A stretch of 64,000 bases of DNA from Microthyrium microscopicum (taxonomy: Eukaryota): positions 2,247,860 to 2,311,859 of the forward strand of contig MU004231.1 in the NCBI GenBank assembly GCA_010405405.1. Direction: 5' to 3'. The notes below the pieces were generated by a model, which was given only the letters and a program-made list of their open reading frames with translations, had not been told where the DNA came from and did not search any database. A program made the translations under genes and the position numbers. Shown here piece after piece: positions 61,170-64,000 of the stretch (the first letter of the stretch is position 1; the number at the start of each line of letters is the position of its first letter).

Positions 61170-61899
61170 AATCGATTGAACTCATCATCAATGAGAATGC
61201 CACAAGTTCGTGCCATTCCACGCCATCACCACATAACCTCATCATCGTACTTGGCTCCCATCACATCTTCTGGCTCCCATCAACTCACCTGGCCCCATCA
61301 ACTCGCTTGGCGCGGAGCTTGACAGGGTTTTCGGTAGTCAAACAAGTACATGTCGGTATAGCACGATGCAGCGAGCACAATATTAGGTAATCTAAATACC
61401 AGTTGGTGCGTGAAATGGAGCACATGGTGCAAGTCATAATCTCTTGATACGCCTTGGATTGAGTTTCTGTTGTTCATTCATTGTTTCGGCATTTTGGCAT
61501 TGCATGATAGGAGATAACCCGGCGTGTGCATACCTAAGAGGTACCTAGCTAGAGCAGCAATATTACCATTGATTCATTCTATCATACTCTGCATTTGATT
61601 CTGGTGTGCATTCGGGTGTGGTGCCAAATTATTGAAGGGGTGAATTTGTCAGCGTAAATTGACGCCATTGCAACTTCCATTCTCGGACAACTTCAATGTT
61701 TGATCTTTTTCACTCCACGCCCAGCATTATTGATATCAGCAACTCAACCCTTGAAACTATCAATTATCGGCCACAAGAGCTAGGAAACCTCTCAAACTCT
61801 AAAGCGACAAAGGAATATATCCACACGACAGCCCCGCTGCCCCTCCATCATCTACGCCAGAGGTGGCAATCATCCTCATCCGAGTCATCTCATTTCTCC

Positions 61900-62838
61900 A
61901 TGGCGCCCAAAATCATCCTCATCCTCTCCGGCAAAGGCGGCGTCGGCAAATCTTCCATCACAACGCAACTCGCCCTCTCCTTCTGTCTTGCCGGCTCCAA
62001 TGTCGGCGTTCTCGACTTGGATCTCACAGGGCCAAACATCCCTCGCTTTCTGGGCTGTGAACGCAGTACCGTCACACAAAGTGCCGCCGGCCTAGTACCA
62101 GTTATTGTCCATGGACGACATAATGCGAAAATAGAGTCCAGCACAACTACCTCAAATGAGTCGTCCCAGAATGGAGTGTCACAAGAAGAAGTATCAATTG
62201 GCGCCCTCCACGTAATGTCCCTCGCCTTCATGCTCCCTGCCCGCTCCTCCGCCGTCATCTGGCGCGGACCTAAAAAGACCGCTATGGTGCGCCAATTCCT
62301 TACGCAGACTGCCTGGCCATCTGATCTCGATTATCTGCTTGTCGACACGCCGCCTGGCACATCGGATGAGCATATCGCCGCGCTTGAGACGCTGTTGTCT
62401 ACTACGCAAGAGGGTTCTGCGCCCGGCGAGTTGGCGGGTGCTATACTAGTCACGACACCACAGGCTATTGCGACGGAAGATGTACGCAAGGAACGCTCAT
62501 TTTGCGTGAAGACGGGGACGAGAGTGCTGGGGGTTGTGGAGAATATGGCGGGCTTTGTGTGTCCGCATTGTGCGGAGTGTACGAATGTGTTTAGTCGTGG
62601 AGGTGGAGAGGTTATGGCTGGTGAGTGGGGAGTCAAGTTCCTAGGGCGGTGTCCGATAGATCCTGCGTTTGGGGTGCTGGTGGAGGAGGGGACGAGGCCG
62701 GTGTATCCGGTTGGCACTGGGGAGGGAGGCAAGCGGGTGGTGGAAGGGGATGGGCTGGTGGAGAAGTATAGTAGCTGTGAGTTAGCGGTTGTATTAGATG
62801 GAGTGAGGAGGGGGCTGATGGAGGAGATTGGAAGTTGA
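61900..62838 (+). CDS. CFD1: Cytosolic Fe-S cluster assembly factor Cfd1 (NUBP2)
   Basis: [13 protein letters not shown]-loop, [45 protein letters not shown]. It lacks the N-terminal Cys cluster of Nbp35. Confidence 0.93.
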   Translation: MAPKIILILSGKGGVGKSSITTQLALSFCLAGSNVGVLDLDLTGPNIPRFLGCERSTVTQSAAGLVPVIVHGRHNAKIESSTTTSNESSQNGVSQEEVSIGALHVMSLAFMLPARSSAVIWRGPKKTAMVRQFLTQTAWPSDLDYLLVDTPPGTSDEHIAALETLLSTTQEGSAPGELAGAILVTTPQAIATEDVRKERSFCVKTGTRVLGVVENMAGFVCPHCAECTNVFSRGGGEVMAGEWGVKFLGRCPIDPAFGVLVEEGTRPVYPVGTGEGGKRVVEGDGLVEKYSSCELAVVLDGVRRGLMEEIGS

Positions 62839-62923
62839 TGGAGAAACGAAGAGATGATGTGATGAGTTTTTTCCCCCTAACGTTCTACCATTACATTGCC
62901 ATATAAACGTCAACTCTGACCAT

Positions 62924-63637
62924 CTAATCCATACACATAGCATTCGAGCTCAACTCCTCTGCTCTTTCCAACTGCTTCACATAGATCCTATCTTCAAGCT
63001 TGGAACAATCCTTCCATGCCTCCCACGAGCCCACTTCCGCGGCCAACTGAGAAATCTCGGTGGTCATCTTGGTGTCTGCTTTCACCCTCTTTGCCTTTAT
63101 AGGCCGGACTCCGTATTCTCTGTCGCGCGCCAGTTCCTCCAATTGGGCTTTGAGCTCAGCGATATCGAGCATATCCTCGAGCACTTCCATCTCACCAGGC
63201 TCCAGAGCGCTGGTTTCCAGCCACTTCTGGACGTTGCGCTTGCTTTCGTACATGAGATTCTTAGGTGACTCCAGCCGAGACACGGTCTCTTCGGTTAGAT
63301 CGCAGTCGGTCTCCTCTTGGGTGCACTCTTCACCCTCTAGGGACCATCCACAGTTCCTGGCGCTTCTTTTGATCCAGAGTCGGAAGATGAACGCGGGGAG
63401 TAAATTTATTATGGCCATCATTGGTATGAGCTGTACAAGGTACGGCATGATGGAGTTTTGGCCTGTGTGAGGGTCTGTGAAGCCGCAGTAGAAGTACCAG
63501 TATGAGAGATGTGCAGACATAGTGAGGAGATAGAATTTGAAGAACCACACCCAGTATTGCCTGTCGTTGGCTAGCCATTTACGAAATTCGCAGTCGGCGC
63601 TGAAGAAGGTGTTTCGGATGGTGTTTGCTGTGATCAT
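62924..63637 (-). CDS. Hypothetical protein, two predicted TM segments and an acidic coiled-coil tail
   Basis: 237-aa ATG ORF with hydrophobic stretches YWVWFFKFYLLTMSAHLSYWYFYCGF and IMPYLVQLIPMMAIINLLPAFIF. No family recognised. Confidence 0.65.
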   Translation of the reverse strand: MITANTIRNTFFSADCEFRKWLANDRQYWVWFFKFYLLTMSAHLSYWYFYCGFTDPHTGQNSIMPYLVQLIPMMAIINLLPAFIFRLWIKRSARNCGWSLEGEECTQEETDCDLTEETVSRLESPKNLMYESKRNVQKWLETSALEPGEMEVLEDMLDIAELKAQLEELARDREYGVRPIKAKRVKADTKMTTEISQLAAEVGSWEAWKDCSKLEDRIYVKQLERAEELSSNAMCMD

Positions 63638-64000
63638 CTTGAAGATTTGGTAGTCGTTGAGTAATGATGGATGTCGTTATCGGTATCTGCAGCTGTTTGT
63701 TTAGTGCAGAGGAACAGACGAATGTTCTTGTGGTTTCAGGGAATGATGGGATTTAAGGATCATAGAGCAGCTTTTAACGGTTGTGATTATGACTTTGGCA
63801 TTGGAAACGCGGTTGTTATCTGTTAGTGCGTGTCGTGAACCACGGGTGAGTCTCACAACAACACTAATTTTGGTCAAACTATGGACGAATGTCTTGGAAC
63901 TTGTCAAATATCTGACTTTCGAAGTGCAACTAGTGGGCCAAGTTGAAGTTTTAAGCTGGTTCTTAAGCAGAAGTATTGGCAAGAAACGGTGTTGTACGAT

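Noticed and set aside
61696..61899. N-terminal extension of CFD1 in the track, suggesting Nbp35
   Set aside because: No Cys cluster in the extension; family similarity starts at ATG 61900.
1..64000. Starship element, CRISPR array, rRNA/tRNA genes, or PKS/NRPS backbone
   Set aside because: No tyrosine-recombinase captain, spaced repeat array, RNA-gene signature or megasynthase motif was seen. Covariance-model searches were not run.

Overview
Eukaryotic DNA from a filamentous ascomycete, inferred from short GT-AG introns with CTRAC branch points and from repeat-induced point mutation (RIP). The window holds about 19 intact protein-coding genes, among them a zinc MDR dehydrogenase, an ABCC transporter, a Tcp11/Sok1 protein, a steroid 5-alpha-reductase, a histidine acid phosphatase, NmrA-like, HAT2/RBBP4, a GH1 glucosidase, GID7/WDR26, CFD1, several cell-surface and small secreted proteins, and orphan coiled-coil genes. 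It also contains a decayed FAD-monooxygenase pseudogene that the ORF track misses, and a transposon cluster at 34-52 kb: a RIP-damaged Tc1-like element, a 475-bp TIR element, and a 10.3-kb AT-rich block in which a Gypsy LTR retrotransposon sits inside a Mutator-like element. Most interesting: (1) a spliced gene joining SAM, HMG-box and fungal transcription-factor middle-homology domains with no Zn2Cys6 cluster; (2) a long G-U-rich foldback that appears only after the Mutator element is removed in silico; (3) two tandem orphan paralogs that both end in an Atg8-interacting-like motif. All calls come from manual reading and translation; no database search was run, and exon boundaries are predictions.
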